From: Phoronis australis
Taxonomy: Eukaryota > Animalia > Phoronida
Assembly (NCBI GenBank): GCA_002633005.1
Contig: NMRA01000611.1
Location: 94,674 to 158,673, forward strand
DNA length: 64,000 nucleotides
Direction of reading: 5' to 3'
The position numbers and the translations under genes are program-made. Shown here one piece after another: positions 51,001 through 63,424 of the stretch (position 1 is the stretch's first letter; the number at the start of each line of letters is the position of its first letter). The notes beneath the pieces are model-generated. The model saw nothing but the letters and a program-made list of their open reading frames with translations. It was not told the DNA's origin and searched no databases.

Positions 51001-54000
51001 TGCAAGTGGAGTTCGATGAATTCTTCCTGCGTTCGTTCAAGACAATTCTGTCAGCACAAAGGTTGGTCTGGTATTGGGATGCAATAACAGCAGTCCTGGG
51101 CTTCATTCTTTAACACAAAACACTCAATGAGATTAGTCGTGTGCAGCTAGAAGTCACGGAGTATGGAATAGAAATAACATGATTGTGTACTTACAATTTT
51201 CTCTCTTTTCTCTCGTATAAAGGTGTTTTGGCTTGGTTATCTGAAGGTCTTGAACTATTTTCGGTCTTTAGGTTAGAACTGATATCATTGGTGACGTCAT
51301 GGTGAAATGGTGCGATATTTACCAAAGGGTGTTGGTGGTTTTGTAATCATTAAATGCTGTTGAGAAAATTTTAGTATGCAACCAGTTCAAATGGGTGAAA
51401 GTGATGTGTCTAAATTTTATTAATTCCTGTCTTCTGAATTGCTCAAAAATATGTTACATTATTATTGAATAAAATAGTTTGTAAGTGAATAAATAAAATG
51501 TTAACTTATTGTAAGAGAACAAAATCAATAAGACGTACTAATTTGTTAAAATGGGTAATGACGATCATTACTTTGTGACCTTAGACTTTCATTTATATCC
51601 TATTTTGGGATAATGTCATGACTAAGTTTCATATACCATATGAGCAGTATTTATATTTAAATAAACATAATATTAAATATTCACGCCCTTATTTCTAGGC
51701 TAGGTTCTTGGCAGTTCATCTCGGACATGCCTTTTTCAAGTGTATCCATTGGCACAATGTGGAAGTTGGTCTGGCTGCTGCATTTTGGGAAATCCGAGGA
51801 GATGGTAGAGTCGAGCAAATGCCGATCAACTTTGCTAGGTGAGAACGCATTGGGCTGATGGTGAATGTTGCCTGTCTGTAAACATCCCACACTAACAGTA
51901 GTAGTAGCAGCAACAGCACCATGTAACAAGGGCTGGCCTAAACGAATAATTGCAGGCGATCTGGTACACATACCAGATATGTGCAGGTTGCTCGAGTGGG
52001 CCTATTGCACTGATCACCCGGAACCATTTTTATGCTTTATGAATGTGTACATAAAACCTGACTCAAGGGTCTACCAGTGTGCCCTAGTGGGACTTGAACT
52101 TACGACCTTACGACCTTGAGTTTAGGCAGCAGACACTTATGCCACTAGGCCACCCTGAATAATAGTACACAACAAAATACCATTTCCCCGTCATGATGGC
52201 TAATTCTGTTAACATAAAAAGTTACTGGCAATGACTATTCTAGCAGGAAAATTTTGAATGACTTAGCCAACAGTAATTAACATTCCCGTTAGTTTCCTTG
52301 CATTCTCAGTGATGAGGGAAGGCTGCCCCGATAAGGAATTTGGCTTCCATCTTATTGTCATGACGGGGAATTTCAGGTCATTTCCCTTTTTGCATGTACT
52401 GTATGAAACTGACAGTTACTCAATGTTATCTACAGTTACATACTGTACTCTGTTTCATAAGCTCCAGTTTCCTTATAAATGTCACCTTAGAACTTCTCAG
52501 TTATGTTAACTCTAGGCACCCTTCCGTATTTTCCCTTTACTTCACGTCAACTTATCCCTAATTTATTACTAGAAAAATATGTAGAAATCTTTGAAGTGTT
52601 TATAGTGAGTAATTACAAATTTGAGGTTATGGATTGAGTAATTAACTTAATTCACTAAGAACTGTTTGCTAACTGCATTAGATTGGATCAGATACCAGCT
52701 GCATTTTCTGGTACAGTACAAGCCACAAGTATTCAGGCAAACTTATTACCCAGAATTCCCTGTCATGATGGCCGGGTGGAAGCAGAATTCCTCATCAGAG
52801 TAGCCTTCTTTCATGACCGAGAATGAAGGGAAATTAACAGGAAAGTTAGTAAAGGCAACTAAGCCATTTTGTAATCGGAGTTTTGATGCCCTAATAGTTA
52901 TTACTAGTAATTTCCGCTGTTAACAGAATTAGACAAGAAAACGGTATTTTGTCTTGATACTTTTGTTTTGTACTGTGACTTCTTTCCTAAGCTTCCAGTC
53001 TGTTACTATGTAGTCAGTTATAAAGTAACATGAAAGTTTAGTTTAAACTGTCATTCCCAATTTTCTTTTCTGCAGTAAGGGAACTGATATTAAAGGAAGT
53101 TAAATCTATGAGAAAAACTTGGGGTAGGTGTTAAATCACGTTATATGTTGTGCACCAACGGCTTTATGTCAGTCAGAGAAACATACTTTACCTCGCTTGT
53201 CTCTTCAGTTTCTTAACAAGTTTTGAGACGGTCTGGCACCATAGCGATCTTGCACTCCCCCTATACACTCTTAACTAAAAAAAGGTTGAGTTGTGCATAT
53301 GCTCATCTTTTGCAACTCATGTTGTTTATTGTTCATTTTAAGCACCCTCTGCTTGACGGGTAATCGCCCACCCCCAACCAATGGTTTTCCCAATTTAAGC
53401 GCCCAGGGCGTTAATTCGCGAGTTTACGGTAATAGGCTACCATACGTTCAAAATTTCTATAAATCCATAACAGCAAAATAAAACAGCTCATTTGTTTAAA
53501 ATACAATGCATTTGTAAGGGTTTTATGTCAGATTTTGATGATTTTTTTCGGGTAAACCGATGAATTCAAGCGATAAGCTGACCCCAGTAAGCGCCTTGTG
53601 AACTGCAGAGCAGACTATGTTAGAATCTGTGACATCATTTGGTTAATTTCAGCACTTTCATCTGCCATCTAGTGTCAGGTAAAAGAACTGAACTTGCTGT
53701 TATCGAGTGGAACTACTCAATCTAAATTGATACAAAATATGTTGTTTTTTCAGTGTCATTCTCCGTTATTTCATACGTTATGTTACATAATTATACTGGT
53801 AGTTGTTAATACATTTTTGCTTTTCATTATTTGTACAATAAATGCCTAGGTGGAAGATTTTCACTTGTCTTGAGCTGTTTTGTCTCTAAAAAAATTGGTT
53901 ATTTTCATTGGGTGCACTTGATTGACTTCGTCAGTTCTGCCAGGTCAACTGGCTAAGGCATCTCATTGGTCTATAAGTCAGAATTAGTCATTGAGAAACA

Positions 54001-57000
54001 ATCAGATGTCTTTGCCAATTGACACGGTAGAACCAGGGAAGGCACTCTAGTGTATCCTTTGTTTGTCAAATGTTTGCTTTATTATAATGGCTTTCAGTCT
54101 TACTAGTAGAGGTGTTTCTTTTTAATTTAGATGAAAACACACGGCGCGAGTTTGACGACATCTTGTCAAGAATGTCAACGTCTGAGTCAGTTTACCTGTT
54201 GACTGCTCTTGCGGGTATGGCCCAGGGAAGGCCGGCTAAAGATCGCGATTTTGTGCAAACCATAGTGGAGGAAATTTATGAGGTAATGCGCATTGTTGTG
54301 TAATATTTGAATGTGATTGTGTGTCTGTATGTTGTCAATGACATTTACTAAAAGTGCCTATTAAATTTTCCTCTTTTGACAATAACCCATACATTCAATC
54401 TTAGGGACATTCATAATTAGGGTATTTTTCTTGAGACCGTTCGTCCCTCCTTCCGAAAGTGTACATAAATGTCGCTACATTCAAATACCTGGAATCTTAG
54501 TTTTTGCTTAGGTCAAGACTCACAATAACTATCAAATGGATTTACGTACAAAACTGATTGTAATTGTCAGTATTATGAAAATGCCCTGATGTACATGTCA
54601 AAGAAGCCCAACTGTATTAAACCTGTTGGTTGTTTCGTCATATTTCTAATTTTGTGAAAACCAACATTCTGTCTTATCGCATGGCCTCTATTATGACTTC
54701 AAAATTAGCAGTAAACCTGTACACCCTGCATTCCTGAAGCATGCGGTTTGTTCACTTGTGAAAATGATGGTAATTCGTTTTCAGTCCTTTAGTATTTGTG
54801 CATAGCTCAAAATGGAGTGTAAAATTAACTCAAGTTTTCCAGGAATGAGATGATTAGAGAAGGCGAGCGATTTTATTTTTAAGTAAAACTCCAGTGAACT
54901 TATTGTGTAGCTGAGTGATCACAAGAGTGTAATTGACTACAAACTCTAATTATGAAACTCAACGGCTGTTAATGGCTCAGTTTTGCAAGGGCGCAATGTT
55001 TTTATGAAAAGTGGTGTTCGTACTTTGTTTAGTGATCGTCTGGTGTCATTTGAATTCATCTTTGCAAATGAACAAGTTGTCTTGTCAGTGTCTGACACTT
55101 TTGTGTGAATTTCTTAAATGTAAACCATCTGCTCTGGTAAAGTGAAAAAAATTTAAAGGCTTCCATGTGTCCAATTTGTCATAAACGGTTGCATAAAAGT
55201 TGTCCACCTGGTGACAGCAGTGACATCACGTCATACAGCAATCAAAGTGGTGGGTGTGGTTATCACTGAAGTTTTATGAAGCCCAGTCTGAATATTTGAC
55301 TTATGGCCACAAACTTCATACATGCAGTAATCCTTTGCCTATTTAGTGCACAACACGACCGAGGAGTGAAATTTTATTTTATCGAATTTCTACTGAGAAA
55401 TCAGGATTAAAAGAAAATAAATTTTTGTTGATTGCTAGCGTGAGTCATACTTTGTTGATGGTAAAAAACAACATTTGGTAAAATTAATGTTCCTTCATTT
55501 GCTGTATGGTAATCAGCCATTGAAAAATAGTAAAAAGTCAATTTTTGCATTAAAATATTTTTGTGCGAAATAAGCAGAGAATTACCATATTTAGCACGCA
55601 ACATGGCGGGCAAGCAAATGTTTAGTTTCAAATTTCCTTAAATATCTAGAAAACATTGGTCTATTCTTAGATTCATTTGTAATTTGTATTTGCCATAAAA
55701 CGTAAAACTTCCCATGATATGCAGAATGGTATGGCATTTGAAAAATACTTTGCAGTTTTCTACTTCTTTATAAGGAGTAAGTGAAGAATTTCCGTGATAC
55801 TTAACATGTAATGGTTCTTAGTAGATTACTGTTCATTATGTAGTCCGCTGTTTTTTAAGTAGTTGCTACAGCCTTTATTTAATTATTAACTTTCATATTA
55901 TTTTAAAGTTTACTTTTAATTTGTCATTCTATATCTGTGGCATTCTTTACAGATTGCCTACGTGTCTCCTCACACTAGAGAGTTCTGCTCTAAGACAGGC
56001 CGGGAGCTGTTGTCTTGCATTGCTTCAGTACATCCCTTTATAATGTCTGACTTGCTGCTAAAGGTTAGAGAGAGTGTGGACAAAGTTGGCTTTGTAAGTG
56101 AGGATTTTTTCTGTTATTTTAACTTATCTGTTGTAACCAGGCATGTTAAAAAATTGAAAAGCTATATGGTGACTGAGTTAGTCCATAAAATACAGAATCA
56201 TGTGATTTTCGAGTCGTTTTGAGAGGCACCATTCCATGGAAATTTTTGTCCTTTTTACCTTTAAGAATGCTTCTGTGTCAGACATAACGTGAATGTTTAC
56301 TTATAGCTTTCATCCAATTTTTCATTTATTGTGTTCACTTCATGGCAATACGCGGGATGGGGACATTTTTATATTTTGCAAAAATTAATTGCTCGATGCA
56401 ATAGTTCACAAATCATCCTGATTTGCTTTAGTGGAATTATCATGTTTATGATACAAAATACACACGTATGTGGTCAGAGTAGAAGCCCAGATATAATGCT
56501 TTATAGCCCTTTTTGAGCTCAACTATTATTGTACCTTGTATTTTTAGTAATAGACAAAAAAGTAGAAGTTTATCTTAGAAGAATGAAATAACAACTCCAG
56601 ACTGCGTTAAAGTCAGATTCATGCAAACGAATGCGTAACCAGTTGATCATAATTTAAAAGCTTTGTTCCTTGAATGATTAAGAGTCTACCCAAAATGCTT
56701 TCAAACTTCTTGGTAATCACTTATTTTTTGGCAACAACTGCCAATTGATATGTGCGCTGTAATAGCAGTCAGTTAGCATCCGTTAATTTTGTGAGTGAAT
56801 TGGTGTGTCAGTCTGAGCAATTATTGTGCAATTGCTACTTACGAGAATTGAAACAATCATGGTTTGATTTGTCCCAAAACGTTTTTGCTGGAAGTGCAAA
56901 TTAGTCTATTATGTTTGTGTCAGAATGTTCCGAGCATTTTGAGAAAAATGATTGGCCGAAAAAGGAAGAGGGTGTCCATGGTAAGTTTCGGCATGAGTGA

Positions 57001-60000
57001 ATGCCATGTGGAGGTTACCTGTTTTGTTCGCTTCCTTCTTAGGGTAATTTTCACTAGTCCATGTGATTCTCCTTAATGTCTAGTCAAAAATAGTTTCCTA
57101 CAGATAACACATATGGCATCACTATGAGGCTCATCGTCTCCAGTTTTCGGGTTGTGTCAACTCTTGAAATAAAAAAGCACATGTCAAATTTTTAATGATA
57201 GTTCTTTCGCATGTCTTAAATTTGGTAAAAGCATTGGCGGCATTTTCTGAGATCCTTGTGAGAAGAAGGACTTTAGAATACATTGTTCAGTGTTTCAGTC
57301 ATGGCTGGAGTCTTGTTTTCTTTAGAGCGGATATAATTCACTTTCCAGCAGAGAAACTAACCTTTGGTTTAAACCACTTGCCGTTATGAAATTGGTCTCA
57401 AAATGTTCTCTGGTTAAATTTTAGATCATATCAGAACTTTGTAAACCTTGAGCATGGTCTCAAGGAATGAGGAATTGCCAGTCCTTATGTAAACCCAGAA
57501 ATCCCATGTTATCTAAGTAAGGAACACGCCGAGACCAACTTTATAGGAGTAAGTAGTGTAAATCAAACATTAGTTCTTGAACAAAGCGTGGGTTTATGGC
57601 CACTTTGTTTAACTTTTCCGAACCAGAAAATATTCTCCAGTATTTTGAAAATGCCTGAGTTTTTTTGCTTTTACTTAATATGCCACAGTGACTGTATTTT
57701 GAACATTTCAAACGAGACTGAATAAATGTAAATCTTGAACCAGCATGGAGACGTTGATCACAGACATTTTAAGTCTGGTCTGGATGCCACCTGTTGGCCA
57801 TGTGGAGATTTAGTTGAATTGTTAAAAAGTGAAGTGCCAGGCATATGTTGCCCTGTTTGGTGGTAAATTGACTTAATTGTAATACATGATGAGCTGTAAA
57901 TTCCTATTCTGGGCTACCCGAACAACATGGCTGCTGCACTCACAAACACGATATTAATCCCTTCACGTAATTACAAAACTCACGAATCTAATGAACTCAG
58001 TTCACCACGTGCCAGACATGGCTGACCGACTACCAAACACGGCTCACTGACTTCCAAACTTGCAGATTGACTCATAAAACATGAGTTGATCATACAAAGA
58101 ACTCATTCCCGGATTCGTAGACTCTTGACCTGGAATAACTGCACTCACTAACTGCTCAGAAGTTGTTTTCAATCTTTAAAAAGCTGGAGACATTTAGCCC
58201 TATGTTGTTTAATCAGTGTTTTATTTACATTTTATGTTTCCTTGTTCCATTACTTTAATTAACAATTCAATTAATACCATGCAACGATTTTTTTCTGTCA
58301 TTGATTAATATATGTTTGAAGGTTTTCTCTGACTTAGATTTTCTCACTGTCTACTGATTTCCTGTTTGGTTGCTTTGTATTAGATTGGAGAGCATGCTGT
58401 CGCTTAATGGTAAATGTTTAAAATTGGGATGGTGGGAAATTTTCCACAAGAATGATTTTGTTTTTTAATCATTAAGGTCATGGACTCGATGCCCACAATC
58501 CTGTGCATTTCTCCAAATGACGTGAGATTTTCACGATGTGTATGTTTGCTAAGTTTAAAGTAGAAAGTTTGTAGAATTTCATTATTGGCTTCATATGGGT
58601 CATGTGAGCATGTCTTTTCAATACAATTTGACGAAAATAGAATAAATTTCGTTTGATATATTTTGTTCAAGATGAAGTATCAAAAATTCTGTGACTTCCT
58701 TCTAAATTATGGTTTTGTTTTCATTTTGTGCAATTTTTATGTTGTTCGAAAAAATAAAAGAAGTCCTATTTTTTCTATATCCCCTCGTGCAAAAGTGGAA
58801 CTTTTCAAAAACAATTCTTAACAGAGTTTTGGAGAATAGGGAATAAAGCATGGTATCTGAAATAAAATTATACGATCAGCCATTTCTGAGATGTGATGTT
58901 CTGGAATATTCCAAATTTGGAATTTTTCTAGGGTCCTACGTAACCTTAAACTGGATTAATTTAATTTAATTTGTTACTGGACAGTCATGTTTTTCATTCG
59001 TTACTCAGACTGTGTGGTATTTAATGTTTTCAAATACAGTACATGTGTAACTAACAAATTGGACACGTCTATTAGTTATAATTGTTATGTTTTATTTTGT
59101 ATTAGTCCAGTTTATTTGTTATAATTGTTATGTTTAATTTTGTATTAGTCCAGTTTATTTGTTATAACTGTTATGTTTTATTTTGTATTAGTCCAGTTTA
59201 TTAGTTATAATTGTTATGTTTTATTTTGTATTAGTCCAGTTTATTTGTTATAACTGTTATGTTTTATTTTGTATTAGTCCAGTTTATTAGTTACAACTGT
59301 TATGTTTTATTTTGTATTAGTCCAGTTTATTAGTTATAATTGTTATGTTTTATTTTGTATTAGTCCAGTTTATTTGTTGTACTGTTTTTACAAAACACGT
59401 TTACCATTTTAATTTCTAACGTTAGAAAAACAAATCGCGTGACTTGGCAGTGAAATGCTTCTAAAAATATTTAACTGTTTGTACTAAGCATTTTATTCTA
59501 TTCACTTCTCGTTTTAGGTATCCCTGTATCTCTTCAGTGAGTTACCGCTGTTGCAATGGCAAATAACCAATGGCGACATGGAGATCATCCAATCATGGCT
59601 TCTGGACAGAGACTTGTCGTCAGCAGACAACCAGCTCGCAAGGCTCATACTTTCAGGTGTCAACTGGGGATTTAATGAACAGGTACTGCTTGGGAAATGT
59701 TGCTGTCATGTCATAGAATAGGATTTTGATGGCCAAACTCTTCACGTTGAAATGTTGACATTGGAAAAAATAAAAATAACAATGGTTAAAGCAAGCATGT
59801 GACATTCAATTTTTAGCATTGTGAGAGCGCAAATCAAACTGATTTTCGATTGACCAAATTTCAACGCTGGTGGGCAAGTTGACTCTTGTTGACACAGACA
59901 AAATTCAACACTATGAAGTCCTCTGGCTTTAATCTCTATGTAAGTCAGGTGGAATGTGGTGGTTCTGAATGTTGTCCAATAAACATGCTGTCGCCATCTA

Positions 60001-63000
60001 GTGCTAAAGTTTTCATTATGTCACCGCTTTATCATTATTCACAATTCTGACAACTTTTATGTGAAACAGTGAGACGTGGGCAGCTGATGTCACCCCACTG
60101 TTTGCTTACTGAGAACAGTGCCCATAGGTAATAGGCACTGTTCTTAGAAGACTCATGGGGGAGTCTTTAAGTGTTCTTTCAGGGTTGTCTTGTTTTGGTT
60201 GAAGCAAATGGACTTCTTTTTACTGTCTTGGACTGTTTAACTTCTGAGATAGATACTCTAGTCAATTCTTGTTGGATACAAATCAGTTCTATTCCAAGCT
60301 GTTGTAAATAGCTTAATTGATGTTCCATATGTTTCGAATTTGATTCGCTCGTCTGATGGGACTAACCAGGCTGTTGCTTTTTCAGCAAAATGCTCTATTT
60401 TTGCCTCTATCGTTGCATTATCGAGTTGGACGTCTGCTAGTTGAAGTACACAAGAAACATGTGACTTCAAAAGCATTTGCCATGATTGCTGATGGTGTAA
60501 AACAGGTTTGTGAGTTGTGGCCTTATTCGTCAAATAAATGTTTACTTAATTATAACTAACTGACACCATAGTCTGGCCCTGACTGTGGCATGTGCTGCAC
60601 ATCCCTATTAGTTGGGGAAAATGAATTAGATGGTCAAACAAATGTGATGATTTTATAATTGTCATAAGCAGTTAGTGCTTTCATTTAATGTTTTATTGCT
60701 GGATTATTATTCAGGACCAGATTTTTGCCGACAGGTAAACTCATTCTCAAGTTGGGCCTGCGTGGCTAGATTGGTATAACCCTGCTTATTTACAGCATGT
60801 TGCAAGTACACTCATTTTTGTCAGTATGGTTGAGCTAGATCTTGCCAAAAGTTGCCTGTTACAAGCCTCGGGCAATGCTCATCATGTCTCAATAGTTATT
60901 ATGTTTCTTGTCCTGATTTTTCTGCAACTTTTTGTGAAAAGTACAAAACTTTGGGATTCGGGTCCTTATCAGATTTTTCTCAAACTATTGGCTCAATAAA
61001 TTATCGATTAGAGGTGTTCCAGTAAAGTCTTGTGGTAGGGGAAGGCACGTGCATGAGCAGTCAACATAATTATGAATTAAATTAGACAGTTGTGTAGACA
61101 GTATTTTCAACTGTTTCCCACAGGTGGCGTCATCTGTTAGCAAAAATGTCACCTCTGACCAGCAGCAGTTTGTTGCCTGGCTCTGGCAGGTGGCGCTACG
61201 TCTGCGGCTGCACAAAAACAGCCAGAGTAGAACTTCAACAGAATTTGTTAATGTGCCGGATCTGAAACAGGACCCCCTACTGAGCCGGTTACAGCTGGCC
61301 GTTCAAGACGGTGTACCTCTGGCGTGCTACATTGCTCTGATGATGGCATCTACAGGACACAGGTGCCTAAAATGTCATGATTCTCTGTTTTAATGTTTGA
61401 TTATTTTCTGTAAATTCGTTGAATGCCTTACATACAAGTGGGCTCCAGATCTTCTCATCATTTTCACTAAAACCAGATTGAGATTGATTCCCTTTAAAAC
61501 CAATTATTTTATGTCTGGTGCAAAAATAAAATTAACTTTCATTGACAAAGGTTGATGCATAAACTGTGCTGCTTCTGAATTTGGTGATTGAATCTTCAGT
61601 CAAGTTCTGCTGTTCGGCTATGGACCTTGCTTGTAACCAGTTTATGAATGTCATTTGATATTTTGGTGACTTATTAAGTCAGTTCTGAAAATGATCCCTT
61701 TTGTGAAACATTCCATACAAGTAAAGTCCAATATCCCGCATTCAGCTCTCCTCTTATGCAGAGGTAGAGAGACACATTGTATGGTGGACCTGGTGTTTGA
61801 AAGGTAGAGCTACTGAGCTGTGTCGAGCAAGGGGAGAATCATTTATCGTGCTTCAATAATTTTTCCAACTTTTTGACATCTACATTGCATGAAACGCGCT
61901 ATGCAACTCTATTGGCAGAATGACAATGACAAATGAGCTGATACAAAATGATGAAATTATACTACAAGCGCATTGTGGGTATTTGGTTGTTTTAACATGT
62001 TCCTCATCTCATGACCTTTTCGTATGTCATAAAGGATCTTTAAAATTTTGTTTGGATTTAAGTACGGGTTAGATTTTTTAGGTAGTAACTTGATGGTATG
62101 TATTTCAGCCATGTTGAGTTCTGCTGCGAGGGTCTGTCCCACCTGCATACACTGGTCTCCCAAAGTCACTACCAGGCCGCCATCCAGGTGTTGAGTAGTG
62201 TAGCGCCCCTGTTCTACAATCAGTCGCACTATTTGATTGGTAATGAAAGGTATGCATTGAACATGCCCATTGTAATGGTGATGGAAAATAATTTGATGTT
62301 TTTCATCTCTTTGACCAGTCTTTAAGTGCAATAAAGAAATAATTATATTGATTATTTGTAAGCATTAATATATCTATAATGAATGAAAGAGGATTTAAGT
62401 ATACTTCATGATTTTAGAGGAGTCAGGGCCCTCACTCATCCGAGGGGAAAGTGTCTGTGCCCTCTGTGAGGGGAATTTTTTGGGGTGAGGGGAAAATTCT
62501 ACCCCCCGATTATTTTCAGTAGTAGTCTTCCATTCTGTTGAGAGCCCTCACAGGTTCTGCCTTAAGGAGCCAAAAATAACATTTTGTACTCTTTCAAGTT
62601 GTCACCTGTGTGAGTTACAAGTGATTCGAACCTCGAGAGGAATTTTTTAATAACTTGGGAGGAATGTTTGAGCCTCATGAGTGGAATTTTGCGTGATTTT
62701 AAGATTTTGTAGCATTTACAAACTGTTATTTCTTTGGAAGGTCCTAAAATCACTTCCAATTTGACTAAAAAGCAATTTAAAACTAATTTCATAATGGGTA
62801 GTGGCCTTAACTGAAAGCAAATTTAAAGTTATTTTTTTTTGTAATGGAAGGTGGGTCCATGTTCACTTTAAGATACTCATATTTGAGTTTTCGAAAATGT
62901 AAGCTGGTCGTTTCTAAGGATTTTGTGTAAAATGCATTTCCAGAACAACTAGTTTTTGTCTGTTGCAGGTTTTCCAAAATCCTTCAATCTCTGCTGTCAA

Positions 63001-63339
63001 CTGACCCTGCCTATACCACATACGCCATGAGTTTCCTCTTCAACATCGAAATCCCCGAGCAGGTCACCAAGTTCATTTGTATGGTTCAGGTGCGTAAGTT
63101 ATGATTGGTTCCTGCTTTTGTAACAGTACACTGTGCTGCTTTATAATTTGAGCTTAATTGGTGGGACAGTGGAGATTATATGTAGTTATTTTGTGCTTGA
63201 TTTCTCACTTTTATTATTTTGCGACATTTTAATTTCAGGCTCAGTTGCAGATGGTCTCCAGTGGAGACTGTGATTCTAGCATGGTTCTGGATTTTTGGAT
63301 CAAGGCTTTAGTGGGACTAAACAAGTGGTACACAGATAA
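40696..63339 (+). CDS. EPG5: Ectopic P granules protein 5 (autophagosome-lysosome tether), partial. Exons: 40696-42039, 42332-42496, 43940-44100, 44533-44615, 46260-46399, 47627-47832, 48776-48875, 49575-49701, 50080-50236, 50921-51061, 51699-51838, 54131-54282, 55953-56093, 59518-59682, 60386-60505, 61124-61362, 62109-62249, 62969-63089, 63239-63339.
   Basis: Nineteen GT-AG exons with consistent phases. EPG5-like segments: KPFTKEQLRSLYYNEQL, GVCKDKVHV...LHAYSAQLSRLQVESFI, DHMFLLCQVLRCPAGVGQW, WTLVDSEGEEEDEDPSVTWKYLLENDL (tandem LIR), RLQVEFDEFFLRSF, GSWQFISDMPF, TREFCSKTGRELL, SLYLFSELPL...ARLILSGVNWG. The start exon is not found and the gene continues past the window end. Confidence 0.93.
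42332..42496 (+). CDS. EPG5: EPG5 exon
   Basis: LPNYESHAFYEILMNNLRARNKL...TVK|gt. Confidence 0.9.
42513..42735 (+). mobile_element. tRNA-derived SINE in an EPG5 intron
   Basis: A box GTGGCCTTGTAGGATAAG, B box GGGTTCGAGTCT; the body is shared with the copy at 51920-52157. Confidence 0.75.
43344..43870. mobile_element. Kolobok-like non-autonomous element (~0.5 kb); related copies at ~27870-28348 (inverted) and ending at 58949
   Basis: Termini TTAA|GGTTA..TAGGACC / GGTCCTAC.TAACC|TTAA. A shared internal block (ATAAAGCATGGTATC...GCCATTT..GAGATGT...CCAAATTTGG) is present in all three copies. Confidence 0.65.
43940..44100 (+). CDS. EPG5: EPG5 exon
   Basis: GVCKDKVHVTEQH...LHAYSAQLS|gtgagt. Confidence 0.9.
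44533..44615 (+). CDS. EPG5: EPG5 exon
   Basis: RLQVESFIHNLIV...PVV|gtaag. Confidence 0.88.
44858..45353. mobile_element. hAT-like MITE (~500 bp)
   Basis: TIRs CAAGGCTTGGAAT / ATTCCAAGCCCTG, subterminal TTCCGCG repeats, imperfect flanking duplication cacgat/cacggt. Confidence 0.7.
46260..46399 (+). CDS. EPG5: EPG5 exon
   Basis: LENLRICICILFGLQRR...DTRLWLDRL|gtaaat. Confidence 0.88.
47627..47832 (+). CDS. EPG5: EPG5 exon
   Basis: IGVFLRVASFSDHMFLLCQVLRCPAGVGQW...LDHFLAML. Confidence 0.92.
48776..48875 (+). CDS. EPG5: EPG5 exon (LIR1 WTLV)
   Basis: GREDYLRQL...NPWTLVDSEGEEE|gtaac. Confidence 0.9.
49575..49701 (+). CDS. EPG5: EPG5 exon (LIR2 WKYL)
   Basis: DEDPSVTWKYLLENDLVAILNQF...|gtaatt. 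Confidence 0.9.
50080..50236 (+). CDS. EPG5: EPG5 exon
   Basis: YDVKRTSEHSMMRLFAFSTAL...RYRQLNKRLGNMI|gtatgc. Confidence 0.9.
50921..51061 (+). CDS. EPG5: EPG5 exon
   Basis: KTVCFVSDHWENF...RLQVEFDEFFLRSF. Confidence 0.9.
51699..51838 (+). CDS. EPG5: EPG5 exon
   Basis: LGSWQFISDMPFSSVSIGTMWKLVWLLH...|gtgaga. Confidence 0.88.
51920..52157 (-). mobile_element. tRNA-derived SINE, same family as 42513, opposite orientation
   Basis: Minus strand GGGTGGCCTAGTGGCATAAG...AGTTCAAGTCC...TAGACCCTTGAGTCAGG...CGGGTGAT..GTGCAAT.GGCC...CGCCTGCAATTATT. Confidence 0.75.
52164..52961. mobile_element. ~800-bp TIR element with internal (C)ATGACGGG(AA) repeats
   Basis: Left AGTACACAACAAAATACC...CTAATTCTGTTAAC is the reverse complement of right GTTAACAGAATTAG...GGTATTTTGTCTTGATACT. 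A related motif occurs at ~16013-16045. Confidence 0.6.
53338..53429. mobile_element. Isolated right end of the same pogo-like family
   Basis: caatttaagcgcccagggcgttaattcgcgagtttacgg|ta closely matches 6521-6561. Confidence 0.7.
54131..54282 (+). CDS. EPG5: EPG5 exon
   Basis: ENTRREFDDIL...YLLTALAGMA...EEIYE|gtaatg. Confidence 0.9.
55953..56093 (+). CDS. EPG5: EPG5 exon
   Basis: IAYVSPHTREFCSKTGRELL...VGF|gtaagt. Confidence 0.9.
58740..58949. mobile_element. Kolobok-like MITE copy, right portion
   Basis: Ends GGGTCCTACGTAACCTTAA; colinear with 43690-43870. Confidence 0.6.
59071..59379. repeat. 43-bp AT-rich tandem repeat, ~7 copies
   Basis: (TAGTCCAGTTTATT.GTTATAA.TGTTATGTTTTATTTTGTAT)n. 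Confidence 0.95.
59518..59682 (+). CDS. EPG5: EPG5 exon
   Basis: VSLYLFSELPLLQW...WLL...QLARLILSGVNWGFNEQ|gt. Confidence 0.9.
60386..60505 (+). CDS. EPG5: EPG5 exon
   Basis: QNALFLPLSLHYRVGRLLVEVH...ADGVKQ|gt. Confidence 0.85.
61124..61362 (+). CDS. EPG5: EPG5 exon
   Basis: VASSV...FVAWLWQVALRLRLH...PLACYIALMMASTGH|gt. Confidence 0.9.
62109..62249 (+). CDS. EPG5: EPG5 exon
   Basis: HVEFCCEGLSHLHTLV...APLFY...NE|gtatg. Confidence 0.88.
62424..62700. mobile_element. hAT-like repeat fragment; second copy at ~47225-47430
   Basis: Starts CAGGGCCC. Shared block GAGGGGAAAATTCTACCC...AGCCCTCA...CTCTTTCAA...AGTTACAAGTGATT.GAACCTC. Confidence 0.6.
62969..63089 (+). CDS. EPG5: EPG5 exon
   Basis: ttgcag|FSKILQSLLSTDP...FICMVQ|gtgcgt; phase-consistent. 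Confidence 0.82.
63239..63339 (+). CDS. EPG5: EPG5 exon
   Basis: tttcag|AQLQM...VLDFWIKALVGLNKWYTD|gtacg; phase-consistent. Confidence 0.8.
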
Positions 63340-63424
63340 GTACGCTATTATATATTATGTGTTTTCACTTAAACAATGGCTCATAGAGAAATGAGTGGAA
63401 CATTAATCAAGTTTTCTTTCTAGG

